From Myxococcota bacterium (GTDB taxonomy: Bacteria > Myxococcota_A > UBA9160 > UBA4427), in NCBI GenBank assembly GCA_965250285.1, contig OZ252299.1, positions 2,496,001 through 2,560,000 of the forward strand: a stretch of 64,000 bases of DNA. The letters run 5' to 3'. Made by a program: the position numbers and the translations under genes. Under the pieces are notes generated by a model, which saw nothing but the letters and a program-made list of their open reading frames with translations, made no database searches and had not been told where the DNA came from. Positions 20,916 to 31,454 of this stretch are shown here, piece after piece; within the stretch, counting starts at the first letter, position 1, and each line of letters starts with the position of its first letter.

Positions 20916-23900
20916 GTGAACGCAGAGATCCTCCGACTCCGTGCGACCCTCGCCGCGAACCTCCGCCGTCTGATCCGCCGCCCCGCGGTCGAAGCCAAGG
21001 AGCTCGCGGCGTTCGACCTGCTGATGACGCGGCGCGCTTTCCTGAACGCAGCGCAGATGACGGCGGTCGGGGCGCTCGTGCAGTCGGCGCTGCCGCCAAC
21101 CGCCTGGGGGAAGGCCGATCCCGACCTCGCCGTCAGTGCGAATGAGGTCGGGCTGACGGCGGCAGACGAGAGCTCCGTGCTCGCGGCCTCGCAGCTCCAG
21201 TTCGGGAGCGAGCTCTTCACGGACTCGATCTACGCCCAGCCCGTGATCTCACCGCAGGAGCCGCTCTCCCACGCCCTGATCGAAGGCGTGCGCATGCGCC
21301 CGCGGATCCAGAGCGACCTCTCCAGCACCGATCCCACCGAGCTGGACTTCCTCGATACGGACTTCCACTTCGGCGAGATGGAGCTGATCCAGATCGAAGA
21401 GGTCGACACGGACGAGTACGAACTCGTCCACTACTACTATCCGCTCTCGGGGCGCACCGACGGCGCGAAGACGGACGGTTTGATCCGCCAGGTGATCGTC
21501 GGGACCGGCGTCCTGACGAACCCGACCAAGGTTCTCGCGGTGACCGGGGCGAACAGCAACAAACTCGTTGCCAGCGGCACGACGCTCACCAATACGTGCT
21601 CCTACATGGTCTACGTCGAATGCGACAACGGCACGGACGAGAATCTGCTGATGATCGGCACGTCGACGCAGACCCTCGAAGCGCCGTACGATTCGACGAG
21701 CTCCGACTACCCGATCACCTGGGTCTCCCACCATTCGGGATCGATCTCGATGCCGTGGGGTTCGGGGTACGTCCTCGCCGACAAGTACAGCGACTCGGGG
21801 ATGACGAGCGACACGACCTACGATCCCACCCAGGCCAGCGAGCACATCATCATCAACACGTCGTCGGGCTACCTGACGGTGTGCTCCCTCTGCGACTCCG
21901 ATCCGGACAACATCACGCTCGTCCAGACGAAGGTGCCGATCTCGTACACGAACACTCGGGTGATTCACATCGAGTGGGACAACGAGCTCGACGACGGAGT
22001 TGCGAAGTCACCCAGCTCGGTCGTCACGATCTACAACGACAGCGGCGACATGCAGACGTGGAAGCAGTACGGTCCCACTCTCGACACCCACGATACGCCC
22101 TTCGGAAGCAGCGACGTTCAACGCTGCTACTACACGATGGCCAAGAGCCAGGAGGAGTCGAACAAGGGCACCAGCAACACCTCGATATTCGGCCCGAACT
22201 ACAAGAATCTTCGCACCGTCCAGAATCTCTTTACGTCGACCCCGGTGGAAGGCAGTACGCGCCACGTCAAGCTCGTCAATCTGCAGGGCCAGGCGCTCGC
22301 CGTCGTGGTCTTGAACTACAGCAGCGGCGATACGTGGACACAAATCGAGGGCTGCTTCCCGCTCGTCGTTCCAGACGCGGCTGGCATCGGCTCGGTCGTC
22401 AATCTGAGCGGTGGGATGACGAAATTCGGGGGCTACCGGTTCCTCGCCCACGATGACGAGGGCAACGTGTTCCTCTTGCGCCAGCAACGGCTTGCCGAGA
22501 GTACTTCGCCCTACGGGCCGCCGATCTACGTCTACAACGACTCGGTCGGTGCCACGAAGACTTTCACGAACGTCAGCAAGATGTCGTTTCCCTCGACGCT
22601 CGCATCCGACTCGAACCTCCGGGACGTGGATGAGTACAGGACCACGCTCGACGGCGAGTACAATTATTTCGTCTTCAATCTCCTTCTGAATACCGCACTC
22701 GGCTTCTGCACCGACGATACGGGCGTGGCTCAGGCGACCTGGCTCGGCAATTCGTACTCGGCCGCCTATGCGCCCCATCGCTACGCCCATGACTCCGAGC
22801 ATGTCGTCGTCAAGCAGACCGAGCAGAGCGGGAGCACCGAGTACACGGCCTACGCACGCTTCAATCAGCCGGTGACCAAGACGTGGCACACTCGGGCCAT
22901 CGCATCGCAGACCCTGCCGACGAGCCCGGGCGAGGAGCTGAGCGGCGAGTTCTACCACGTCACGATCACGCCGCAGAACGCGTACGGCCGATCCGTCCCG
23001 CTCTCGGCTTCGGAGAACGACGGGGTGCAGATCGAGGTGCGGGCCGACGCCCCCTGCATGGTCGTGGACGAAGGGACGAACCTCTATCACGACGTCGATC
23101 GGTACACGTCGTTTCTGTCGGCGCCCACGAACGCGTCGAGCGACCTCGATCTCGCCATCCAGGCAGACGTCTTCTCGCAAGTCCTCTATGCGAGGCTCGT
23201 GAACGCCGACGAGCTCTCGCCCTCGTCGAGCGACAGCGGGATGACCTCGGGATCGGCGGCCATCGTCAGTGACTGGGCCACGGTGAACGTGGCGCTGCAG
23301 GCCCAGCAGCGCATGAGCACGACCGAGGACTCGGCCACTTCGACGACATCGACCACGTCGACGAGCGCGCAGGGCGCGCAGCTCGATACCAACGTGTACG
23401 TCAGCGGCACGACCATCGAGTCGAGCCAGTCTTCTGCGGGCTGGCAGACCAAGGGGACGTACGAGGCGTCGACGGCCAACTTCCAGGGCCTGGCGTCCTA
23501 CTTCAATACGTCTGGGGATCAGCTCCAGACAGCCAGTCAGACGATGACCGAAGCCACGTCGTCGAGCTCGGTCGATCCTCTGAGCAGCGTCACGATGCTG
23601 CAGGGCAACTCCGCTTCTTCCACGACGTCGATCGCCTTCGCGTACGACGCGGGCACGATCACGAGCTCGAGCTCGAGCTCGACCTCCTCGACGCTCGCGT
23701 CGGCCGCGTCCTCGTCACAGGAGCTCGGGAGTGTCTGGGGCTCGATTTCGCACGATCTCCATGATGCTCTCCAGTACCTCCAGAATCAGATCACGAAGGA
23801 CGCGTACGAGGCGATCTCCACCGGCGTGACCATTGCCTTCGACGCGGCACAGTATTCGGCGGTCACCGTCGGTGCCGACATCATGAAGGCGGTAAACGGC

Positions 23901-25472
23901 GTCGACACGGCTCTGGTCGAAACGGTCGAGACCGTCGAAGAGCTCGGTTCGGTGATCGAGAACCTCGTCCTGACGGTGATCGAGCACACGTTCCTCTACG
24001 AGTTCATCGAGGCGATGATCGAGCTGATCTCGCTCTTCTATCACCTCGAAGACATCCAGAAGCTGAGCACGAGCCTGAAGGACACCTTCCTCGGCATGTT
24101 CTCGGACGGCACGATGAGCTCGTCGGTCTCGTCACCCGGCTTCGAGAGCGTGCTCTCTCCCTACATTGGGCCCGGGAACACGATGTCGTCCGCGATGGGG
24201 TCTGTCGATACCGACGATGTCGCCGACGCGATCACTCAGACCGTCATGGATTTCGCGCAGGGCAACCCGCTCACCAAGAAGATCCTGAGCAAGATCAGCA
24301 ACGCCGTGATGCAGGCCGTCGACGACGAAGCGTCGACGCTTCCGCTCTCCTTCGACATGGACGCGACCTCGGTATCCGACATTGCGAGCACGATCTCGGC
24401 GGTCCTGAGCGATCTCGAGGCCGTCGTCGTGAACGTCACGGACGACGTCATGACCTTCCTCGTGACCGAGGTCGAGGACGACATCGCCGACCCGAAGGCG
24501 ACCTTCCAGAACTTCCAGAGTGGTCTGGGATCGGCCCTCGACGAGATCGTGAGCGATGCCGTCGACCCCTTCTACACGCTCCTCGAGACGCTGCTCGACG
24601 GAGACTCCTCATACGTCTACGACGCGCTCTCAGAGGACGCCTACGTCACCCTCAATCTCTCGAAGCTGATCGACTTTATGTCGATCCTGGGCGTCGGGAC
24701 GAAGGGCACGTCGAGCTGGAGCCTCTCGGGCTCCGAGGCGATCTTCTTCCCTCTCGCCGTGGTGACCTGGTGCGTCACCTATGCGGGCACGGGGAAGAGC
24801 ATCTCGTCGATCGGCGACCTGTCGAGCGTGAGCGCCGAGCTGGGGGCGTCCGTAAGCTCGAGCACCGCCTCGAAGACCTACTCCGACGCCTCCATCGCCG
24901 CGCCAGCGATCGTGCTCGGCGTCGGCGAGCTGGTCTGGGCCGCCATCCAGTCCGTCTCGTCCGATGACACCGATACCGAGACGCTCTCCGCGCTGGGGGC
25001 GTGGTGCGCCGAGATCAAGGCGCTGGGTTCGCTCTCCTTCGCGACCTATTCGAAGGCCCAGGGGTGGACCGTCCCCGACTGGACGTTGATCATCGATTTC
25101 ATCCGGGCCGCGACCGCCACGGCGGGGATCTACTTCACCTGGCCTGGGAAGGACAACAACGAGGCCAATTCGAGTGGCTTGAAACCCACCGACGTCGTCC
25201 TCTTCCTCAACGCCCTGTGTGCCGCGTGCTTCGTCGGAGCCTATACGGCCGAGACCGTGAGCGAGGACGGTTCGGACATGACGACCGCCGAGATCGAGAA
25301 GCTCGTGGGCGGCGACCTCCTGCAGGTGCCGACCCTCATCCGCTTCTTCTATCGGATCCTCGCCGCCGGCGACTCGCCGCCCGATCCGGACGTGTTGGCC
25401 GGCGCCACCATCGTCATGGTCGGCTCTACCACCGCGGGCGCCTATCTGCAGATCAGCGCCGAGAGCAGCTGA
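20916..25472 (+). CDS. Large (1518 aa) Ser/Thr/Asp-rich exported protein with twin-arginine signal, function unknown
   Basis: Uninterrupted 4.5-kb ORF; MTRRAFLN...PTAWG Tat-like signal from 21024; beta-rich N-half, helical and hydrophobic C-half. Confidence 0.8.
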   Translation: MNAEILRLRATLAANLRRLIRRPAVEAKELAAFDLLMTRRAFLNAAQMTAVGALVQSALPPTAWGKADPDLAVSANEVGLTAADESSVLAASQLQFGSELFTDSIYAQPVISPQEPLSHALIEGVRMRPRIQSDLSSTDPTELDFLDTDFHFGEMELIQIEEVDTDEYELVHYYYPLSGRTDGAKTDGLIRQVIVGTGVLTNPTKVLAVTGANSNKLVASGTTLTNTCSYMVYVECDNGTDENLLMIGTSTQTLEAPYDSTSSDYPITWVSHHSGSISMPWGSGYVLADKYSDSGMTSDTTYDPTQASEHIIINTSSGYLTVCSLCDSDPDNITLVQTKVPISYTNTRVIHIEWDNELDDGVAKSPSSVVTIYNDSGDMQTWKQYGPTLDTHDTPFGSSDVQRCYYTMAKSQEESNKGTSNTSIFGPNYKNLRTVQNLFTSTPVEGSTRHVKLVNLQGQALAVVVLNYSSGDTWTQIEGCFPLVVPDAAGIGSVVNLSGGMTKFGGYRFLAHDDEGNVFLLRQQRLAESTSPYGPPIYVYNDSVGATKTFTNVSKMSFPSTLASDSNLRDVDEYRTTLDGEYNYFVFNLLLNTALGFCTDDTGVAQATWLGNSYSAAYAPHRYAHDSEHVVVKQTEQSGSTEYTAYARFNQPVTKTWHTRAIASQTLPTSPGEELSGEFYHVTITPQNAYGRSVPLSASENDGVQIEVRADAPCMVVDEGTNLYHDVDRYTSFLSAPTNASSDLDLAIQADVFSQVLYARLVNADELSPSSSDSGMTSGSAAIVSDWATVNVALQAQQRMSTTEDSATSTTSTTSTSAQGAQLDTNVYVSGTTIESSQSSAGWQTKGTYEASTANFQGLASYFNTSGDQLQTASQTMTEATSSSSVDPLSSVTMLQGNSASSTTSIAFAYDAGTITSSSSSSTSSTLASAASSSQELGSVWGSISHDLHDALQYLQNQITKDAYEAISTGVTIAFDAAQYSAVTVGADIMKAVNGVDTALVETVETVEELGSVIENLVLTVIEHTFLYEFIEAMIELISLFYHLEDIQKLSTSLKDTFLGMFSDGTMSSSVSSPGFESVLSPYIGPGNTMSSAMGSVDTDDVADAITQTVMDFAQGNPLTKKILSKISNAVMQAVDDEASTLPLSFDMDATSVSDIASTISAVLSDLEAVVVNVTDDVMTFLVTEVEDDIADPKATFQNFQSGLGSALDEIVSDAVDPFYTLLETLLDGDSSYVYDALSEDAYVTLNLSKLIDFMSILGVGTKGTSSWSLSGSEAIFFPLAVVTWCVTYAGTGKSISSIGDLSSVSAELGASVSSSTASKTYSDASIAAPAIVLGVGELVWAAIQSVSSDDTDTETLSALGAWCAEIKALGSLSFATYSKAQGWTVPDWTLIIDFIRAATATAGIYFTWPGKDNNEANSSGLKPTDVVLFLNALCAACFVGAYTAETVSEDGSDMTTAEIEKLVGGDLLQVPTLIRFFYRILAAGDSPPDPDVLAGATIVMVGSTTAGAYLQISAESS

Positions 25473-25529
25473 GAACGCTCCCCTGGCTCGATACGCCAGG
25501 GGGGAGCTCTTCACGACGGAGACAGAATC

Positions 25530-26426
25530 ATGCGGACGAAGTGCCCCAATGCACCCGAAACGCGCGCCCGGCGCTCGCCTGCGCCCGGACGGTTCGTGAC
25601 GAGCGCTTTGCTGCTCTCGATCGCGACGACGAGTGCAGCGCTCGCCAACGACATCGAGGACACGCGCTCGGCCACGGCCGAGCTCGGCGAGCACGCGCTC
25701 GTGCTCGCCGAGATGAACGCCGTGCGGTCGGTCGTAGGCCAGCCGCCGCTCGAGGCCATTCCGGCCGCAGCCGATCGGGTCGCTGCGTTGCAGGTGGCTT
25801 CGCATCGCCTGGCGACGGCGGAGGAGCGACTCGAGGCCGCCATCGCCGCAGACACGAAGGGGGCGAAGAGCGAGTGGGCGGACGCAGTCGAGCACCTGAG
25901 CCATCTGCTGAAGAAGGATGACCGGATCGGCCTGCTCGGAGCGCTCGACCACTCGTTCGGAAAGACGGCAAGCGCCGTCGTCACCGATCTGGTGCGCCAC
26001 CGTGGCCCGATCGAGAAGGGCGATCCGACGTCGATTCGCGCGCTTTTCGACTCGCTCGAGTCCCGGTTCCCGCACTGGAAGAAGGACCTGCGCAAGCTCG
26101 GCAAGCACTACGACGAGATCCTTCGTCTCGCGACGGCCGACTGCGACGGCGATCGCCCGTCGGGCTGCGACCGGACGCGTGCGTTCGACCTGAATGATGC
26201 AGCCGAGCGACTGACGAAATATGCGGAGGCGAGCAAGAAGATCGAGAGCGAGTACGGCGCCGATATCGCGAAGGCGATCTTCGAGTTCGTCTCCCGCCAC
26301 CCGACAGGCTTGTTGCAGGACGTCTCGGGCGGGACCGCGATGCTCACAGCGCTGGCCGACGAGCGGGTCGCCGTGCTCCAGATGGCGGCGAAGCAGCTGG
26401 AGGCACGGGCGGCGCCTGCTCGCTAG
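25530..26426 (+). CDS. Hypothetical secreted helical protein
   Basis: Signal-like SALLLSIATTSAALA; directly downstream of the large ORF. Confidence 0.65.
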   Translation: MRTKCPNAPETRARRSPAPGRFVTSALLLSIATTSAALANDIEDTRSATAELGEHALVLAEMNAVRSVVGQPPLEAIPAAADRVAALQVASHRLATAEERLEAAIAADTKGAKSEWADAVEHLSHLLKKDDRIGLLGALDHSFGKTASAVVTDLVRHRGPIEKGDPTSIRALFDSLESRFPHWKKDLRKLGKHYDEILRLATADCDGDRPSGCDRTRAFDLNDAAERLTKYAEASKKIESEYGADIAKAIFEFVSRHPTGLLQDVSGGTAMLTALADERVAVLQMAAKQLEARAAPAR

Positions 26427-26867
26427 CAGCGCTCGGCTTCCGCCCCCTCCTGCGATGATGCGGAGACGGAGGCGGCCATCTTGAAAGTAGACGGGAGTCG
26501 TTGGAGGCGGACGCAAAGTATTCTAGCCGCCGGGGCCCTGCCATTCGAGATAGCGATGCTCGAAACCTCGGCGCCGCCGCCTCGATACCGGCATGGGCTC
26601 ACGCGAATCGCTCGCGGGCGGATGCGGATAGGAAGAGTAAGCCCGTTCTCGGCTCGAGGCCCGATAACGCGAGGCTATGCGAAGCAGAGATCTGCGGGGG
26701 CCTGACCCCACCTCGGGTCGCAACGGGAGCCGGAACGGCCACGCTGGCCCCAAATCTCTCGGAAACTCCAGTCTGCCGGGCGCCGCTCACTTGTGTCTGC
26801 GGCGAAGATTCTCCGAAGACAGTAATTCGTAAGATCTGATCTCAACTCAGAGCTAAGAGGCTTGCCA

Positions 26868-27308
26868 ATGACTGTGGAGGACGAAGTCCGGGCGGCGTCG
26901 GAGGCGTTCTACAGCGCGCTGAACAGCACATTCGGTGGGGACCCGGCCCCAATGTTTGACGTTTGGCGCCATACGCCGACAGTCTCGGCCTTGCGTCCGA
27001 ACGGCGGTCGCGAGGTTGGCTGGGATGAGCTCTGGTCAGCTTGGAATCAGGTGGCAGAGGTTTTCTCCGGCGGTCATGTCGAGATGACCGACCGCGCCAT
27101 TTGTGTCTGCGGCGATATCGCTTACGAAATCGGTTTGGAACGTGGAACCCTCAAGCCCGCAGGAGCAACGGTCAAAGCTGAGCATCGGGTGACCAATATC
27201 TTCGAGCGATCAGACGGTGAATGGAAGATCATTCACCATCACACAGACAAATCGGAAGGCGCGATGGAAGCGCTAAAGCAGGTGAACAAGGGTCACCGAA
27301 CCACCTGA
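26868..27308 (+). CDS. SnoaL/NTF2-like (YybH-like) protein
   Basis: FYSALN..F.GD, GREVGW, RVTNIFER.DGEWKIIHHH. Confidence 0.85.
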   Translation: MTVEDEVRAASEAFYSALNSTFGGDPAPMFDVWRHTPTVSALRPNGGREVGWDELWSAWNQVAEVFSGGHVEMTDRAICVCGDIAYEIGLERGTLKPAGATVKAEHRVTNIFERSDGEWKIIHHHTDKSEGAMEALKQVNKGHRTT

Positions 27309-27421
27309 AGAATTCGCTGGTGTCCTTCTTCAGTTCTTCCCGGCGCGTCTCGACCGGGGTGCAATCCTGGTACGACTCGAGCCAAGCGATAGGCCTCGTG
27401 GTGTCGGCCTCTCAATCACAT

Positions 27422-28450
27422 CTAGTTTCTTGGCGGGGGACGCCTCTCGGTGGCATCGCAGGTCTGCGTGCCCGGCGACGCAGAGCAGCCTTGCTGGCCT
27501 GTCACGCATCCGATGACGCTGTTAACGCCCAAAGCGGAGGCGTGATAGTGGTACCCCAGCTTGTCTGACGTGTGCCCGCGGCATTCATCGAGATCCTTCG
27601 GCTCGCGTCCATTCACGTCCAGCCGCCTGTAGAGACCGTAACCATCCATCGTCATCCCGACCTGCTGCGCATGGCCGCTGTCGTCGGCGATGCCCTTGAG
27701 GCAGTCGGTCACAAAGTGGTAGTGATAGCCCGCGAACGGATTCACGTGCCCGCCGCAATCGTCGAAGGGTGCAATGTTGTAGGCCTTCAGAATGTCAGAA
27801 AGAGGCGCCGGCCCCTCGAACCTGACGCCGTTCATTGAAAGTCCGGTTCCAGGCTGATCTTTCAACGGCATCGGCTTCTCCGCTTTGACCGGATTGAGCG
27901 GGATGAAATACGTTCTGATTGGCGAGAATACAGTCTGGTCTGCTTCGCATTGGGCGCAGTAGAAGTAGTACTCCTTCCAAACATCCGGCCGCGCCGCACC
28001 GAAACAGGCATCGAATGATTTCGTGACAAGAACGTCGCCGGTTTCAGGGTCATACATTTTCCATTTCGGGTCGTCGTAGAACGTGGCGAGGTTCTTGACG
28101 AACTCGCCATCCGCGTCATAAACCTTGCCATCCTTGAACCATATGCCCGCTGCTTCTGGCCCGTCGGCGATATTGTCCGGACACCACGGTCCCGCTTCGT
28201 AATCAGGCGCCTGTTTCAGGACCAGCTTTACGCATTCCGTCTTTGCGCCACCCGATAGCGTGCACTCGACAACTTCCGCGTCCTGCATGACCGCCTCGCC
28301 GCTCACATGCGCCAAGAAGGCCTGCATCGCCGGCGAGGCCTCAGCGGGAATCTCCAAGTGCCCATCACCATGGCCCAGTGCCGGGGAGAGGCACATCGTT
28401 GCGAGCAAGAATACGGCGTTGCGTGCGTGATCACGGAAAGACTCGAACAT
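27422..28450 (-). CDS. YHYH domain protein (secreted)
   Basis: DDCGGHVNP..GYHYH and LDECRGH....GYHYH; signal peptide. Confidence 0.88.
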   Translation of the reverse strand: MFESFRDHARNAVFLLATMCLSPALGHGDGHLEIPAEASPAMQAFLAHVSGEAVMQDAEVVECTLSGGAKTECVKLVLKQAPDYEAGPWCPDNIADGPEAAGIWFKDGKVYDADGEFVKNLATFYDDPKWKMYDPETGDVLVTKSFDACFGAARPDVWKEYYFYCAQCEADQTVFSPIRTYFIPLNPVKAEKPMPLKDQPGTGLSMNGVRFEGPAPLSDILKAYNIAPFDDCGGHVNPFAGYHYHFVTDCLKGIADDSGHAQQVGMTMDGYGLYRRLDVNGREPKDLDECRGHTSDKLGYHYHASALGVNSVIGCVTGQQGCSASPGTQTCDATERRPPPRN

Positions 28451-29078
28451 GCGGAACTCCAAAATCGTGACGTTCGGCGACCGGGGATGTGAAGGTCGGT
28501 TTAGATCCCTTAGCGTGCAAACTGCAAGCCGGTCGCTGCCTGAACTCCGAAACACGGCCATCGTCCTGCAGCCGACCTGGTCTTTCAACAGCTTTCGAGC
28601 GAGCGGCACGCGCCGGGGGGCGCAGGTTCGGAACCGGCCGGAGGCGCCACACAGCGTGCACTCTCAGTCGCGGTCAATTTCCCAACTCGAGAGATCTGAT
28701 TGTCTGTCGATCTCGCCTAACACTTCCGACTCATCGAGACCCAGCTCAAACACCGCGTGGGAGTTCGCGGCAATCAAGCCTTTGGCCCCTTGTCACCGCC
28801 GAGTGACGGCATATCGGCGAAAACCGACACGGCCAGGTCACCGGGTTGCCCTGCCGGCCATTCCCACCGACGGGGTATGTGATCTCATCGCTGCCCCGGG
28901 GATCCGATGCCGACCTAGCCGCGCTTTCGGCTCGGATGCTCAACCCGGTCGCATCCTGGCTTCGATGGCCGCATGAAACGGATGCCAGAGCCGTCGGCAA
29001 GCACGTCGGCGCCGAGGAGGAGCAACGTTCGGCTCCTCCCAAGCTGAGCGCGCCGCCTACGTCGTAGGGTTCGGGCGA

Positions 29079-29210
29079 AGGCGCAACTCGTTGGGATTCG
29101 AACCCCCATTCCCTTCGCGTCTCATTGATCTGCGCGGCAGATCAACGAGATCCTCATACGATCTTCCCGCTCATCGCTCGCAGATCGCCCTCAGGTTCGA
29201 AGCCTGGTCC
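29079..29210 (-). repeat. tRNA-Arg(UCG)-derived repeat, copy A, with ~75-nt hairpin insert
   Basis: Minus strand AGG-CTTCGAA-CCT anticodon arm, insert, then GGGGTTCGAATCCC T-arm; ~90% identical to 31468-31574. Confidence 0.7.
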
Positions 29211-29331
29211 AAGAAGTAGAGGAGTCGTTTCGGAGGCACCATGTCCCCGGAAGGCACGGGACGGCGCCTCTGGAGAGAGTCTCCGTGCGGGCATGCCGAG
29301 CCGGAGGCAGGCCCAGTTCGATCGTGCGGCC

Positions 29332-30132
29332 CTACACGTCGACGCCGAGCGTGAGGCTGCCAACGTGCCAGTCCCCGTCGCGGGACATGTGCAAGAAGCC
29401 TCCGTCCGCCCCGTTCGATTCGTGGATGACGCGATCGTTGAGGTTGGTCCAAGGGCTCTGACCGCGCGAGGTGTAGGGCTCTTCGCGCACGAAGAGCTCG
29501 GACGAGAGCGCGTCCGGGAAGTAGACCTGGTTCGTCAGCACCACACGCGGATCGTCGTATGAGAGTTCTGCGTCGCCGGGCCTGGAGACCCGGACGTGGA
29601 TGTGCGGCGGTCGGGGCGTGTACCAGCCCGGGTAGATGGTCTCGAACTCGACCATGCCCTCGGCATCGCTGAACTGGACGCCGCGGCAGAAGCGTTCCTC
29701 TTCCTCGGGCTCGTAGATCCCTTCAGGCATGACGCGCGGGAACTGGTCCGGCGGGTAGGAGGGGTATCCGCTGTAGAGGCCGGTCGCATCGCAGTGCCAG
29801 ATCTCCACCGGCATGCCTTCGAGAGGCCGACAGCCAGGCACGTCGACGACCTTGAAGCGCACGCGAAGTGGAACGCCGGGCCTTTCTTCCGCGATGTTCC
29901 GGCGGACCAGCGTCTTCGGGATGAAGAAGGGGCCGCGGATCGCCTCGGCATTCAGCGCACAGACCTCCGAGGTCTCGAAGCTATAGCTGGTGGGGTCGAA
30001 ACCCGAGTTGTCCGCGGTTGCCATCCAACGGCCGAATCGCTCGCACGCCGAGAGCGGGGCCGCGAGCAACGCAAGCAGCGTCACCTTCAGGAGGTCTCGG
30101 CGGGAGGGGTTCTGTCTCGAGATGCGGGCCAT
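29332..30132 (-). CDS. Intradiol ring-cleavage dioxygenase-like protein (Tat lipoprotein signal)
   Basis: SRRDLL...LSAC; GPFF, VEIWHCDATGLYS, RGVQFSD, TIYPGWY..R.PHIH. Confidence 0.88.
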   Translation of the reverse strand: MARISRQNPSRRDLLKVTLLALLAAPLSACERFGRWMATADNSGFDPTSYSFETSEVCALNAEAIRGPFFIPKTLVRRNIAEERPGVPLRVRFKVVDVPGCRPLEGMPVEIWHCDATGLYSGYPSYPPDQFPRVMPEGIYEPEEEERFCRGVQFSDAEGMVEFETIYPGWYTPRPPHIHVRVSRPGDAELSYDDPRVVLTNQVYFPDALSSELFVREEPYTSRGQSPWTNLNDRVIHESNGADGGFLHMSRDGDWHVGSLTLGVDV

Positions 30133-30606
30133 GGAGACTCCTTTGGAAGGTCGGTGTGGGCCTGGGCACGCCGGTTGGCGCGAGCGCGGGGACGGCGACG
30201 CCTCGGAGTGCGTTGGGCCGCACGTACTTGCGCGAGGATGCGAACCCGCGCCGCCGGTTTCGCGACGGCGAGTAGGGAGACCCCGAGCCCGACAACCAGG
30301 TCGCGGCGAAGCCCCTTGGCGTCGACCTCGCCGGCTGGCCACAACTGGAACGCGCCCACGTTCGAGACGCGGATCGGTCGCGCCAACACTGCGGGCGAGA
30401 TCTCGTCGCCGATCAGCCCCGCGGCGACGGCCGCTTCGAGCCCACTGCGCATGCGCGAGATCGGCACTTTCGAGAACGACGTGAGATCGCCGCCCGAGCG
30501 AGCTCCTGCATCGTGAGTGGACTGCGACGCCTCTGGCGAGCAGCTCCAACGCGGCCTCGAGGATCCTCTGGCGCCCCGCTTGCTTCGAGTCGTGGCGAGC
30601 CTCCAT
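30087..30606 (-). pseudogene. Disrupted TetR-family regulator
   Basis: N-terminus GRQRILEAALELL breaks off before the HTH; remainder in another frame (30087..30467). Confidence 0.6.
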
Positions 30607-30614
30607 AGTCACTG

Positions 30615-30634
30615 ATTTATAGCATGCTATAAAT
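30615..30634. promoter_or_regulatory. Perfect 20-bp palindromic operator
   Basis: ATTTATAGCATGCTATAAAT between the divergent tetR remnant and membrane gene. Confidence 0.75.
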
Positions 30635-31306
30635 ATGGCAGCGATTCGAAAGGGGGGCTCCCTGAAGAGACCGGGCTTCTTCTTCTGGTTCGGCGTCCTG
30701 CTGTTCCTGCTGGCTGTCGGCGGATTTGGGCTGCGGGCATCCCTGGACGCGGAGAACCTGCCGCCGATGCGAGCCTGGCTGACCATCCACGCATTGAGCA
30801 GTGGGTTGTGGCTGGCGTGGGTTCCGCTCCAGGCGATCTTGATCTCGCAGCGGCAGCTGCGGCTCCACCGCTCCTTCGGTCTCGCCAGCCTCCCGCTCGC
30901 CGTCGTCGTCTTGATCAGCGGCGTCGTGATCAGCTTCGAGTTCTTCGAGCGGACCGACTTTTTCTTCGCCTTCTTCCCGGGCGTCTTGAACCTGATCCTC
31001 TTCTTCGTCTGCTATGCGCTCGCGATGCTGCAACGTCGCGACGGCGCGTTCCACAAGCGTCTGATGACCTTCGCGTCCCTCGCGCTCATCCCTCCAGCAT
31101 TCAACCGCGTCGTGTTCGCGTTTGGACTCGACATGGCGGTCACCCACGTGACCTGGCTGCTGCTCGTCCTCGTGGTCCCGATTCACGACCGCCTTGTCGA
31201 CGGGTGCGTCGGCCGCGGATCGAAGGTCGGGGTCGGCCTGGTGCTCGCCAGCGTGGTCGGCAGCATCGTCGGGATCGGGATGCACCGGGAACTGGTTGGG
31301 GGCTGA
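30635..31306 (+). CDS. Membrane protein (6-7 TM, His-containing)
   Basis: IHA....W...QA.LI.....RLHR.FG, FHKRLM motifs. Confidence 0.75.
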   Translation: MAAIRKGGSLKRPGFFFWFGVLLFLLAVGGFGLRASLDAENLPPMRAWLTIHALSSGLWLAWVPLQAILISQRQLRLHRSFGLASLPLAVVVLISGVVISFEFFERTDFFFAFFPGVLNLILFFVCYALAMLQRRDGAFHKRLMTFASLALIPPAFNRVVFAFGLDMAVTHVTWLLLVLVVPIHDRLVDGCVGRGSKVGVGLVLASVVGSIVGIGMHRELVGG

Positions 31307-31454
31307 GCGGCCCCGTCTACGGTGACGGGCTCGGCGCCGTCACCGTCGCGTCGCCGAGAAGTGAAACCGATGGAGAACGTTGCGCTCGCGATCCTGAGCC
31401 CCTGCTGCGGTGCCTGAGGCTCGGTGGTGCAGTGCGGTCAACCCGCGAGTTCGC

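Noticed and set aside
23330..23720. Tandem DNA repeats (AGCTCG runs)
   Set aside because: Simply encode Ser/Thr-rich linkers of the large protein.
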